From: a virus
Taxonomy: Duplodnaviria > Caudoviricetes
Virus record (IMG/VR): IMGVR_UViG_3300017913_001553
Coordinates: 1 to 64,000 of that record
DNA: 64,000 bases
Direction: 5' to 3' (one strand)
A program made the translations under genes and the position numbers. Below are positions 19,566-29,207 of the stretch, one piece after another. The first letter of the stretch is position 1, and the number at the start of each line of letters is the position of its first letter. The notes under the pieces are model-generated. The model was not told where the DNA came from. It did no database searches and saw only the letters and a program-made list of their open reading frames with translations.

Positions 19566-20813
19566 ATGTCTAGAAAAACAGTAAAAATACCAAAAAAGAG
19601 CGCAAAATCGCGTGTAAATCGAAAGCTTGGTTTTGAAGAACCATCTTTTGATGGGTATGAGCGTTGGAATGGCGAAAAGTATCACCGATTTGTAGAAAAA
19701 TACAAATGGATGTACTATTCACAATCTAATACAAAAGAATTTGTAGGATTCATTGTAGAATGGATGCAAGAGCATCAGTATTCAAAGTCTGATATTAGTA
19801 TTGTTATGCGTTCAAAGCATATTTCTGATAATACAGCAATTCTTTGTCGTTTAAGAACACTTGGTATGCCCTCTTTCAATAAAAAGCAAGATGAATATTG
19901 GCAGAGTTTGCCAGGAACTTCTGGCGGTATGTCAGATGTTGATGAACGTATCAAGAATCATATTTCTGATCTTGTTAATAGAAATAATGTTGTTGAGACA
20001 GTAGAAAAACCAAAAACTACCAATAAACCATCTATTCAAGAGAACATAAAAGCAAAGGCATACTCTATGGCAGAGTGTGTTGAAAAGGTTTTAGATGAAT
20101 ATACAAAAAACCCTGTTCAAAAGAAGTTTAAATCATTTGATCCATTAAAAGAATTCAAGCGTTTGATGGTAAAGGCAACACATGCGCGACATATTCGTGA
20201 ATTTTATCGTGAAGAATATGAAGAAATAAAAAAGTTAATGAGTATGCCTACTTCTACTGAATTGAAAAAGATGAATGCCCAAGAAAAAGATGATTGGCAA
20301 CAATTGGCAGAGGGATATTCTCATATGAGTAATAGGGAAGTAAAAGTTTACTTTGATTTCTTCACAAAACTTATGGATGCTCTTGATCAAATTGAAGAAG
20401 AAACAAAGGCACACCGTAAACCACGTAAAGTAAAACCAAAACCACCTTCGAAGTTGGTTGAAAAATTAAAGTATCTCGAAAAATCAGACGAATATGGTGT
20501 TGAAAGTGTTAATCCAGAAAAAATCATTGGTGCAATGGGGATTTTGGTGTTTAACTGTAAGAACAGAAAGTTAGGTTTTTATATTTCTAAAGGAGACAGT
20601 GGTCTTAGTGTTAGAGGAACGACTATTATTGGATTTGATGAAAAGAATAGTGTTCAAAAAACAGTTAGAAAACCAAAAGATGTGATTAAAAAGATTGCAA
20701 AGGCAACAAAGTCACGTTCTGTAAATCAATTTAAAGATTTAACAACCACAGAAACTAAAATGAATGGTAGGATAAATGGTGATACTGTTATTTTGGCAAT
20801 CTATAGTAAATGA
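19566..20813 (+). CDS. Hypothetical basic protein
   Basis: 415 aa, Lys-rich, with its own sigma70 promoter; C-terminal EKIIGA..ILVFNCKNRKL...SVRGTT domain. Confidence 0.6.
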   Translation: MSRKTVKIPKKSAKSRVNRKLGFEEPSFDGYERWNGEKYHRFVEKYKWMYYSQSNTKEFVGFIVEWMQEHQYSKSDISIVMRSKHISDNTAILCRLRTLGMPSFNKKQDEYWQSLPGTSGGMSDVDERIKNHISDLVNRNNVVETVEKPKTTNKPSIQENIKAKAYSMAECVEKVLDEYTKNPVQKKFKSFDPLKEFKRLMVKATHARHIREFYREEYEEIKKLMSMPTSTELKKMNAQEKDDWQQLAEGYSHMSNREVKVYFDFFTKLMDALDQIEEETKAHRKPRKVKPKPPSKLVEKLKYLEKSDEYGVESVNPEKIIGAMGILVFNCKNRKLGFYISKGDSGLSVRGTTIIGFDEKNSVQKTVRKPKDVIKKIAKATKSRSVNQFKDLTTTETKMNGRINGDTVILAIYSK

Positions 20814-21124
20814 TTTCCAGAAGTACAGTTTTCTACACAAACTGGGCTTGGGTTATTTTCCCATCCATCGTAAAATGTATATTCTGTAAATAGTTTGTCT
20901 TTTATAATATCATTAAATTTATGTTTTTTAAGATCATTCCAATCTGGGTGATCTTTATTTTTATTATTGAACATATTATCGGTAATTGTTATATTTTCTT
21001 TCGGCATGATTGGTTTGTATATTTGACTAAAATAGCAACAAGGCCAGACTTTAAGATATTCATCAATATAATATATTCTTTTTTTATCTGAATGAACTTC
21101 GCAGTATATTTTTTTCATCCCCAT
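20801..21124 (-). CDS. Stand-alone SPASM/twitch-like Fe-S domain
   Basis: IYC...IYYIDEYLKVWPCCYF...WNDLKKHKFNDII...PVCVENC; overlaps the radical SAM gene. Confidence 0.6.
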   Translation of the reverse strand: MGMKKIYCEVHSDKKRIYYIDEYLKVWPCCYFSQIYKPIMPKENITITDNMFNNKNKDHPDWNDLKKHKFNDIIKDKLFTEYTFYDGWENNPSPVCVENCTSGNHLL

Positions 21125-21750
21125 AATAATCCTCTAATATAGTTTAAATCTTTTAACACATTTTCTTTATTATGGTCTGAAATTAGTCCCCAATGTCTAT
21201 CATTGAATTTATATTTAAAAGGAATTCTGTGTAAAATAGCATATCCAAATGCTTTGAACAATTGATGGTGATTCCATTCAAAAATTATAAAACTCCAAAA
21301 CCCACGTCCATCATTTTCAAACCAAGTGTTCATGTTTTTCCATGCTTTTTCAAAATTTACGTTTTCTCTGTATTTTTCATTTGTATCTGCGTCTAAACCA
21401 TCTATCCCCCATTGGATTAGGACATTTTTATTAGAGGCATGTTTCTTATAAAAAGATTCATTTCTTAATCCACCATTTGTGTGAATTTCTACAATGAACT
21501 TATTTGTTATAATATCTATTATTTGATCAATATGTGGATGCATCATAGGATCACCATATTCACCACACAACACAATAAAGTCTATGACATCTTCATCTAA
21601 ATTTTCTACAATTGATTTTATATCATCTACATCTACGTGGTGAACTACCAGCCAATCTACAGTTTTTCCTGTTTCTGGATCAGTTCTAAGACATGATCTA
21701 CAAGATGCTTGGCAATGTGTGGTTATTTCTATTTCTACAGCGTTTTTCAT
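21115..21750 (-). CDS. Radical SAM enzyme core
   Basis: IEITTHCQASCRSC (CxxxCxxC), LCGEYGDP, IHTNGG, WGIDG. Confidence 0.85.
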   Translation of the reverse strand: MKNAVEIEITTHCQASCRSCLRTDPETGKTVDWLVVHHVDVDDIKSIVENLDEDVIDFIVLCGEYGDPMMHPHIDQIIDIITNKFIVEIHTNGGLRNESFYKKHASNKNVLIQWGIDGLDADTNEKYRENVNFEKAWKNMNTWFENDGRGFWSFIIFEWNHHQLFKAFGYAILHRIPFKYKFNDRHWGLISDHNKENVLKDLNYIRGLLWG

Positions 21751-21758
21751 TATGGTAA

Positions 21759-21770
21759 TATTTATAAATA
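21759..21770. promoter_or_regulatory. Palindromic bidirectional late promoter TATTTATAAATA
   Basis: 12-bp palindrome giving TATAAATA on both strands, between divergent genes at 21750(-) and 21791(+). Confidence 0.7.
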
Positions 21771-21790
21771 CTATATAAGGAGACTTTGGC

Positions 21791-22528
21791 ATGAGTGTAA
21801 AAAATGATCTAATTAAAGAAATGGAATTACGTCTTGGTGGCGGTATGGTTGATGTTGAACTTGACCCAGAGCATTATGAGTTGGCGATTAGTAAAGCATT
21901 GGCAAAATATAGACAACGAGCAGAAAATGCAGTTGAAGAAAGTTTTGTATTCCTACAATTATTGCCAGATATTAATGAATATACACTGCCAAAGGAAATT
22001 ATCGAAGTAACAGATATTTACAGACGTACTACTGGTGTAAGCAGTGGCACAGGTAATGATATTGAACCATTCCAAGCAGCATTTATGAACACATATCTAC
22101 TAGGATCAAGTCGTAATGGTGGATTGGCAACATTCGATTTTTTACAACAAAATCGTGAAACGATGGGTAGACTATTTGGTGCCGAAATTATCTTTACGTG
22201 GAGAAAACAAGATCATAAGTTACTTTTACACAGAAAAATTAAAGCAGAAGATAATTGTATGCTAAAAGTTTACAATTATAGGCCAGATGATAACCTTATT
22301 GAAGATCAGTATGCAGGTCCGTGGTTGAAAGATTATGCGTTTGCTCATGCTAGACTAATGTTGGCAGAAGCGCGTGGTAAGTTTTCACAAATCGCTGGTC
22401 CACAAGGTGGAACAACAATGAATGCTGATCAGTTGCGCACAGATGCCCAACAAGATTTGGATAAATTGGAAACAGAGTTAACACTTTACAATGATGGTAG
22501 TTCTGGATTAGGGTTCATCATCGGTTAA
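21791..22528 (+). CDS. Neck protein, T4 gp13-like
   Basis: RLGGGMVDVEL...AISKAL...WLKDYAFAHARLMLAEARGKF...GGTTMNADQL...LETEL. Confidence 0.8.
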   Translation: MSVKNDLIKEMELRLGGGMVDVELDPEHYELAISKALAKYRQRAENAVEESFVFLQLLPDINEYTLPKEIIEVTDIYRRTTGVSSGTGNDIEPFQAAFMNTYLLGSSRNGGLATFDFLQQNRETMGRLFGAEIIFTWRKQDHKLLLHRKIKAEDNCMLKVYNYRPDDNLIEDQYAGPWLKDYAFAHARLMLAEARGKFSQIAGPQGGTTMNADQLRTDAQQDLDKLETELTLYNDGSSGLGFIIG

Positions 22529-22640
22529 AAACTATATACTTAATTCTATTTGGGGGTGTTTTTGCGAACATTTCACTAAATACTGATAGAATATAGTATT
22601 CTATTACATGTAAAAAGAGTATATAAAGGAGAACTCCAAA

Positions 22641-25001
22641 ATGGCAAATCTAGTTTCACCTGGCGTGAAAGTATCGATCACCGATGAATCAGCATACGGT
22701 TCAGCAGGTGCAGGCACAGTTCCAATGATTTTTGTGGCAACAGCATCAAATAAAGTTGACCCAACAGGAACTAGTGATATCGCAGAATTCACAAAGCCAG
22801 AAAATGCAGGTAAACCAGTTCTAGTTACTTCTCAGCGTGAACTAACACAGTACTTCGGTAACGTAGACTTCCGTAAAGTAGGTGGTAGTGTTGTTCAAGG
22901 TGATGAAACAAACGAATACGGTTTATTGGCAGCATATTCATTCCTAGGTCAGTCAGCAGGCGCATATGTTGTTCGCGCAGACTTTGACCTATCATCAGTA
23001 CGTCCACTATCAAATGAACCAAAAGGTCCAGCAGCAGTTGGTACATTCTGGTTCAACCCATCAAACAGTAACTTCGGTATGTTTGAGTACACAGCAGCAG
23101 GCTGGGCGGCAGTAACACCAACAGTGGAAATCACTGCAGGTGGTGCTCCAACAGCAGCAGCAGTTGAGGGCGAATATCTAGTACAAATCGATGTAGACGG
23201 TGGCGTTACAAGCGTAAACTATCTAGTTGGTGACGATAGCCCAGCGTGGATTGCGGCAACAGCAACATTCGCACCACACTACAGTGAACCATCAGCACCA
23301 TCAGTTGGTGATGTATGGGTTAAAACAACACAACCAGGTGGTGGTGTAGATTTTGATATCAGATTGTTCACAGCGGGTGCAGGTGACTTCGTAGCACAAG
23401 AAGTACTATACGCACAAGACGCAGCACCAACAGGTGTATCATCAGACACATTCCAAGACGGTACAGCAGGTTCAGCACGTTCATTAGCAGAAGGTGATAT
23501 TTGGTTAGATCAAGAAAATTCATCACTAATTATCAAAAAATGGACAGACGATGCGTGGGCAAACTTTGGTACAGACGTACAAGTTTCAGAACCAAAAGGT
23601 GACGCAGTAGATGGTACAGTGTGGTTTGACCCAGATATCAACGAATTGGCAATTTTCGAAGTTGCTAATGATGGTGGTACACAAAAATGGGTTCGTGTAA
23701 CAGACGTAGCATACACAACATCAGCACCAGCAGTAGGTGCAGTAGGCGCATATTGGATCGATACTGACGCAGATGGTTACCCAGTAATCTATCGCTCAAA
23801 TGGTTCGGCATGGGTACTAAAAGATAACGCAGACCAAACAACATCAAACGGTGTGGTATTTGGTGATATTACAGCAAACGACACAGCAAACGGCAGTTTC
23901 GTGGCAGCAGAGGATGTACTAGCAGGCGGTCCAAACCCACTAGTATTCCCAACAGGAACAACAGGTATCAATATGTGTCGTTCAGGCGGTACAGTTCGTA
24001 TCTATGACGCTTCATTAGGCACAGCATGGAAGTGGAGAAATCTGGCACCGGCACAAGCAAATGGTGCAGGTTCATTTGGACGTAAGGCACAACGTGCGGT
24101 TGTAGTACAAGCACTACAAGCATCAGCACTAGCAAGCGAACTACGCCAAGAAACTCTAACATTCCGTCTAATCGCAGCACCTGGTTACCCAGAAATGTTT
24201 GATGAGATGACAGCACTAAATGCAGATCGTGGTGATTCAGCATTTGTAATCGTAGACGCTCCATTCCGTAAAAATCCAACAGATATTATCACATGGATTG
24301 ACGGTACAGAAGCAACAGAAAACGGTGAAGATGGTCTAGTAGGTCGTAACAAATACGCAGCAGCATACTATCCAAGTGTTCTAACAACAGACCCAACAAG
24401 TGGCGCAAGTGTAGTTGCTCCAGCATCACACGCAGCACTTTATACATATGCTTATAATGACAACGTATCATACCAATGGTTCGCTCCAGCAGGTCTAACA
24501 CGTGGCGTTGTATCAAACGCATCAAATGTTGGTTATCTAAACGACGAGGGTGATTTCGTGGCAGTAGCACTAACACAAGGTTCACGTGACGCAATGTACA
24601 ACAAGAACCTAAACCCAATCGCACGTTTCCCAACAGAGGGTATCGTGGTATTCGGTCAGAAGACACTTTCACCAATCGCATCAGCGCAAGATCGTGTAAA
24701 CGTTTCTCGTCTAGTAGCATATCTAAATGAGCGTTTCAACGTAATCGCACGTCCGTTCCTATTTGAACCAAATGATGAGCCAACACGCACAAACGCAAAG
24801 GCACTATTTGATGGTTTCATGGGCAATATTCTAGCACAGCGCGGCGTATATGACTTCCAAGTTGTATGTGATGAAACAAACAATACACCAGCACGTATTG
24901 ACAGAAATGAACTATGGATTGATGTAGCAATCGAACCTACAAAGGGTGCGGAATTCATCTACATTCCAGTTCGTCTTGTGAATACTGGTGAACTATCATA
25001 A
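22641..25001 (+). CDS. Tail sheath protein, T4 gp18-like
   Basis: SPGVKVSITDES N-terminus; WFAPAGLTRG, NLNPIARFP, GQKTL, RVNVSRL, FEPNDE, NNTPARIDRNELWIDVAIEP C-terminus. Confidence 0.95.
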   Translation: MANLVSPGVKVSITDESAYGSAGAGTVPMIFVATASNKVDPTGTSDIAEFTKPENAGKPVLVTSQRELTQYFGNVDFRKVGGSVVQGDETNEYGLLAAYSFLGQSAGAYVVRADFDLSSVRPLSNEPKGPAAVGTFWFNPSNSNFGMFEYTAAGWAAVTPTVEITAGGAPTAAAVEGEYLVQIDVDGGVTSVNYLVGDDSPAWIAATATFAPHYSEPSAPSVGDVWVKTTQPGGGVDFDIRLFTAGAGDFVAQEVLYAQDAAPTGVSSDTFQDGTAGSARSLAEGDIWLDQENSSLIIKKWTDDAWANFGTDVQVSEPKGDAVDGTVWFDPDINELAIFEVANDGGTQKWVRVTDVAYTTSAPAVGAVGAYWIDTDADGYPVIYRSNGSAWVLKDNADQTTSNGVVFGDITANDTANGSFVAAEDVLAGGPNPLVFPTGTTGINMCRSGGTVRIYDASLGTAWKWRNLAPAQANGAGSFGRKAQRAVVVQALQASALASELRQETLTFRLIAAPGYPEMFDEMTALNADRGDSAFVIVDAPFRKNPTDIITWIDGTEATENGEDGLVGRNKYAAAYYPSVLTTDPTSGASVVAPASHAALYTYAYNDNVSYQWFAPAGLTRGVVSNASNVGYLNDEGDFVAVALTQGSRDAMYNKNLNPIARFPTEGIVVFGQKTLSPIASAQDRVNVSRLVAYLNERFNVIARPFLFEPNDEPTRTNAKALFDGFMGNILAQRGVYDFQVVCDETNNTPARIDRNELWIDVAIEPTKGAEFIYIPVRLVNTGELS

Positions 25002-25028
25002 TACAAATTATGATTTAATTTAAACACT

Positions 25029-25064
25029 AATTAAGGACAGATTTAATCTGTCCTTAATTTTTTT
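25029..25064 (+). terminator. Rho-independent terminator
   Basis: 14-bp stem AATTAAGGACAGAT-TTA-ATCTGTCCTTAATT followed by a T run. Confidence 0.85.
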
Positions 25065-25074
25065 ATGTGTTTTG

Positions 25075-25082
25075 TATAAATA
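25075..25082 (+). promoter_or_regulatory. Late promoter TATAAATA
   Basis: Exact consensus upstream of the tail tube gene. Confidence 0.8.
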
Positions 25083-25117
25083 CATTATATAAGATAATCT
25101 AATAAAGGAGATTTAAC

Positions 25118-25708
25118 ATGGCTGTAACTACAAACTTTGGTGTACCAACTTCTGACGAAAGTGGTGCAACACTAATGCCAAAACTACAATATCGTTTTCG
25201 TGTAACATTTACAGGTTTAGGCGTAGACGGTGGTTCAACTTCTTTTGTTACTCGTAATGTTGTGAGTGTAACACGCCCAGCAGTAGATCATGATGATGTA
25301 ACAATCGATACATATAATTCAAAAATTCGTCTAGCAGGCAAGCACATGTGGCAAGACGTTACACTAGTTCTACGCGATGACGTACAAAGTCTAGTGGTAA
25401 GTAAACTAAATCAACAAATGCAAGAGCAGTTAGATCATGAAACGCAGTCATCACCAACTGTTGGCGCAGCATCATATAAATTTGGTATGAAAATCGAAAC
25501 ACTTGATGGTGGAAATGATGGATCAGAATCAGTTCTAGACACATGGACAATGGCGGGTTGCTTTATTCCAAGTCTACAATTTGGTGATCTAAACTACGCA
25601 ACAAGTGATGTTGTTCAGGTAACGGCAACTATTCGTTATGATAACGCATCATATGAAGGTACACTTGTTGGTGATAGCGCAGTAGCAACAACAAAAGACC
25701 AAAACTAA
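25118..25708 (+). CDS. Tail tube protein, T4 gp19-like
   Basis: PKLQYRFRVTF...RPAV...YNSKIRLAGKHMWQDVTL..RDD...WTMAGCF...LNY...TIRYD; follows the sheath gene. Confidence 0.9.
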   Translation: MAVTTNFGVPTSDESGATLMPKLQYRFRVTFTGLGVDGGSTSFVTRNVVSVTRPAVDHDDVTIDTYNSKIRLAGKHMWQDVTLVLRDDVQSLVVSKLNQQMQEQLDHETQSSPTVGAASYKFGMKIETLDGGNDGSESVLDTWTMAGCFIPSLQFGDLNYATSDVVQVTATIRYDNASYEGTLVGDSAVATTKDQN

Positions 25709-25724
25709 TTTTTGAGAGTTAAAA

Positions 25725-26351
25725 ATGTCTTTTTTGTATAAGAACCGCGCGTCTCACGTTTATTTTGGGGGTGAAACTCCATCTAGTGGCACGGCCATGA
25801 GCGCAGTTCCAAGAAACAAATTTGACTTTCAAGTAGAAGTAAAGTTTTCAGGCTCCTTATCGAGCCTGAAACTTAATAGAATAAGTGAAGTACAGTTACC
25901 AAGTCATATTTTTAAAACGGTAGCATTAAATCAATATAATAGAAAAAGAATTACAAACGTTGGTGTAGATTATACACCTGTGTATTTTGTGGCATATGAT
26001 ACATATGACAATTTTATCCAAGAACGTTTACTAAAACCATACGCAGATTACTACTACAAGGGCGTTGGTACATCAACTGGAACAGTAGAAAAAAATTATA
26101 GTGATATTGTAAATGAATTTTTTCTTGGGAATAGTGGAAAAGGGTTAAACATAGTTCCACGTAAAAACTTTATTGAGCAAATTGACATAATTAGAAGTGG
26201 AACAACCACATCATTGTTTGCTCCTATGATTACAGGCGTTTCAGCAGATACACTATCTTATGATAGTAGTGCTCCTGTACAATACAGAATCGAATTAGCA
26301 TATGAAGGGTACAATGTTTCTACGTCTGGTAAACCATTTGACGGAGAATAA
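25725..26351 (+). CDS. Tube-like paralog / baseplate tail-tube initiator (gp54/gp48-like)
   Basis: PRNKFDFQV...VQLPSHIFKT..LNQYNRKR....YTPV.F..YD repeats the gp19 fold pattern. Confidence 0.55.
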   Translation: MSFLYKNRASHVYFGGETPSSGTAMSAVPRNKFDFQVEVKFSGSLSSLKLNRISEVQLPSHIFKTVALNQYNRKRITNVGVDYTPVYFVAYDTYDNFIQERLLKPYADYYYKGVGTSTGTVEKNYSDIVNEFFLGNSGKGLNIVPRKNFIEQIDIIRSGTTTSLFAPMITGVSADTLSYDSSAPVQYRIELAYEGYNVSTSGKPFDGE

Positions 26352-26353
26352 AA

Positions 26354-26803
26354 ATGCCAAAATTTCAAAATGGTGAATATGTGCCGCAGAACGCCAACAA
26401 GTATGTTGGTAAAAAATTTCCAAGATATCGCAGTGGTTGGGAATTGGCAGTTTTCCGTATGTGCGATAATCATCCATCAGTTATAAAATGGGGCAGTGAA
26501 ACGCATAGAATTCCATATAAAAATCCACTCACTGGAAAAAATACAACATATGTTCCAGATTTACTAATGGTATATCAAGATAAAAATGGAAACAAACATG
26601 CTGAAATGGTAGAAATCAAACCAAGTAAGCAGATGATGGAAAATGCTAAAACACAACATGATAAAATGCACGCAGTTGTAAATGCTGCCAAATGGGAAGC
26701 AGCACGTGCTTGGTGTAAAGCAAATGGATTGGGTTTTCGTGTCATCACAGAAAATCAAATTTTCAATAAACCTCAAAATAGTAAAAGGAGGAAAAAGAGA
26801 TGA
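26354..26803 (+). CDS. Head completion protein, T4 gp4-like
   Basis: KYVG...YRSGWELAVFRMCD.HP.V.KWGSE..IPY..P...YVPD...EIKP..Q...N.AKWEAA..WC...FRVITE. Confidence 0.9.
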   Translation: MPKFQNGEYVPQNANKYVGKKFPRYRSGWELAVFRMCDNHPSVIKWGSETHRIPYKNPLTGKNTTYVPDLLMVYQDKNGNKHAEMVEIKPSKQMMENAKTQHDKMHAVVNAAKWEAARAWCKANGLGFRVITENQIFNKPQNSKRRKKR

Positions 26804-27021
26804 CACTACCAATAGCATTATTTTTAAGTGTTTTTGTTGTTGAGACAGAAAGAACTATGTCTACAACATCACAAATGAGATTTGAAACAATCGAAAAGTG
26901 TGAAAACTTTATTTTATATATGAGTTCTGGATATCCATATCATAGAAATGATCAAGGCGCACTTGTATTGACAAATCCAGAAAATGGAAACATTATTACG
27001 GCAAGATGTTACGAGGACTAA
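26800..27021 (+). CDS. Small hypothetical protein with hydrophobic N-terminus
   Basis: 73 aa; ATGA overlap with the gp4-like gene. Confidence 0.5.
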   Translation: MTLPIALFLSVFVVETERTMSTTSQMRFETIEKCENFILYMSSGYPYHRNDQGALVLTNPENGNIITARCYED

Positions 27022-27022
27022 T

Positions 27023-27562
27023 ATGACAAAAAAATTAGAAGAAGAATTTAACTTACCTGATATCGAAGATTTAAAATATGATTTCGAAGAAGAGATTGAA
27101 GAAGAACCTGATTTAGATGAACTTAAAAATCAGATCACGGTTTCACAATCTGAAATGGAGATGAGCAAAAAAGTTGACGCGGCACTTCCAATTGTAGAAG
27201 GTATGGAAACTCTTGAACGTGAAATGGATGAATATGCTGATAAAGCAATGGATGCTTTTCAAGAACTTATTGATCTTGGTAAAAATGTAGAAGATCGACA
27301 TGTTGCTCCAATTTATGATAGTGCTAGTAAAATGCTAACAGCAGGATTACAGGCAAAGCAAGCAAAATTGGATAAAAAACTAAAAATGGTAGAACTCCAA
27401 ATGCGTAAGCAGAACCTTGATATGAAACAAAAAGAATTATCGGAAAAATTGAAGTCAAAATATGGTGATGAAGATGCAACAGAAGTCGAGGGTAGAATTG
27501 TGGGTGATAGAACACAGATGCTTGCTGAAATTATGAAAAATATGAAACAAAACGATAAATAA
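27023..27562 (+). CDS. Putative terminase small subunit
   Basis: Helical DEYADKAMDAFQELIDLGKNVE...IYDSASKML core plus IVGDRTQML tail; lies in the packaging module. Start ATG 27023 after a GAGG SD. Confidence 0.45.
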   Translation: MTKKLEEEFNLPDIEDLKYDFEEEIEEEPDLDELKNQITVSQSEMEMSKKVDAALPIVEGMETLEREMDEYADKAMDAFQELIDLGKNVEDRHVAPIYDSASKMLTAGLQAKQAKLDKKLKMVELQMRKQNLDMKQKELSEKLKSKYGDEDATEVEGRIVGDRTQMLAEIMKNMKQNDK

Positions 27563-27583
27563 CTATATTAGGAGATTCATATA

Positions 27584-28066
27584 ATGAAGTCATTTACACA
27601 ATATTTAACAGAGTCTAAACAATCATGGTCTTGGAAGATCAAGATGGCAAAAGAGCCAACTGATCGTGATATGGAGAGAATCGAAAGGCACTTATTAAAG
27701 TATGATGTTAAAAAAGTTTCAGCACCAAAGAAACTTATGCTACAATCATCGCCAGTTGATTTCCCTAATTTACGTGGTTATGAAATCTTTGTAGTAGAAT
27801 TTGAAACAAACATTCTTGCTAGTGGTTTTCAAATTCAGATTGAATTACAAGATATGTTAGGTCTAAACGATGGTATCCTTAAAGTAAAGGGTGCGCATGA
27901 ACCAGATGAAGTTGAGACGAAAGATGTAGAGAGTATACTGGCAGACGCTGAATACAAGGACGCGGAAAAAGTAAATGGCGAAGATTATTACGGTGATAAG
28001 TTCAACAGTGGTTTTGTAAAAGAATTACTGAAGCTACGTAAAGATAAGGAGAAAGACGATGAGTGA
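27584..28066 (+). CDS. Probable head-internal/prohead protein
   Basis: N-terminus MKSFTQYLTE-S resembles the T4 capsid targeting sequence (MKTYQEFIAE); late promoter upstream. Confidence 0.5.
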   Translation: MKSFTQYLTESKQSWSWKIKMAKEPTDRDMERIERHLLKYDVKKVSAPKKLMLQSSPVDFPNLRGYEIFVVEFETNILASGFQIQIELQDMLGLNDGILKVKGAHEPDEVETKDVESILADAEYKDAEKVNGEDYYGDKFNSGFVKELLKLRKDKEKDDE

Positions 28067-29144
28067 TATGGACAGAATTCTAAAACTTGCAGGTCTGGCT
28101 ACAAAAAACGTAGCAGAAGAAGCAGTAAATGAATGTGATTGTGATTGCGGTGAAACACCATGTAAAGCATGTGGTAAAGATCATCACGCAACAAGTGAAG
28201 CACGTGATCTAAAAGATGGCGTTGAAGAAGCAGTGGGTGATTTTGCTGACCCAATTCTTGATCTGATTGATGAAGTTGGATCACATCAAATTGTGTTGGA
28301 TGAATTAATTCGTTACTTAGACGGTGATACAATTGAAGATTTTGTAGCAGACTTCCGCAGACACAATGATATGAATATGGAAGAAGCAGAACTGTCAGAA
28401 GAAGAACTAGCAGAAGCAATTCCTTATATGTATAAATTACATAAGGATGGAAAAAGTCATGAAGAAATTGCTAAAGAACTGAAAATGTCAGTTAAAGCAG
28501 TTAAAGATGCGATGAGTAAAACAGACGAGGCAATCAATGAAGGTTGGTGCGCCGTTTGTTTAGAAAGTCCATGTGCTTGTACAGATTCTGCAATTGCAGA
28601 AGGTGGACACAAAGATGAAATTATTGATGACGCACAAAGCATGGACCTAGAAGATTTTTGTGATAAACATGAGGGTTATGGCATGGATCGTGAAGAATGT
28701 GTCGCACAATGGAAATACATCAATGGTGTAAAAGAGTCTTCACTAGAAGAGGGTCGTATGAGTGATCAACTAATTCATGACGCAGAAAATATGTCAAGAG
28801 AAGAGTTTGAGAAAAAGCACGGTAAAGAAGCAGCAAAAGATATGTTTGATGAAAGTGTAGAAATCTCAGAAGCACCTACAATGGATACAACACAACTAAT
28901 TACACTTCTAAAAAATGCTGGTCTTACAGAAGAAGCAATTGAAGAAAAACTAACAGAGTGGGCAAATACACCAGAGGGTGTTGGTGAAGTAGAACCAACA
29001 GAACATGGTGATGCTTACGAAATGGCACAAAGTGTAAACCTAAGTCTAAAACGTTATCTAGACGCAGAAGATGCCAAGGTTCAAGTATCAGAGCATAAAG
29101 TGGAAAACATGAAAGCACTTTATGAAGCAAAGAAAAACAAATAA
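28059..29144 (+). CDS. Acidic prohead core/scaffold-like protein with many (I/L/V)xE sites
   Basis: Very Glu-rich, with repeated xE-(A/G/S) junctions and embedded Cys-rich and HTH-like modules. Confidence 0.5.
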   Translation: MSDMDRILKLAGLATKNVAEEAVNECDCDCGETPCKACGKDHHATSEARDLKDGVEEAVGDFADPILDLIDEVGSHQIVLDELIRYLDGDTIEDFVADFRRHNDMNMEEAELSEEELAEAIPYMYKLHKDGKSHEEIAKELKMSVKAVKDAMSKTDEAINEGWCAVCLESPCACTDSAIAEGGHKDEIIDDAQSMDLEDFCDKHEGYGMDREECVAQWKYINGVKESSLEEGRMSDQLIHDAENMSREEFEKKHGKEAAKDMFDESVEISEAPTMDTTQLITLLKNAGLTEEAIEEKLTEWANTPEGVGEVEPTEHGDAYEMAQSVNLSLKRYLDAEDAKVQVSEHKVENMKALYEAKKNK

Positions 29145-29174
29145 GCTCTACCAATTGAGCGGTCTCCCCCAGAC

Positions 29175-29207
29175 AAACGGTGTAGGAAACTACACCGTTT
29201 TTCTTTT
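29175..29207 (+). terminator. Rho-independent terminator
   Basis: AAACGGTGTAG-GAAA-CTACACCGTTT followed by a T-rich tract. Confidence 0.9.

Noticed and set aside
26354-26803. TnsA-like transposase / mobile element
   Set aside because: This fold is that of the T4 gp4 head-completion protein, and the gene sits in the expected structural context with no terminal repeats.
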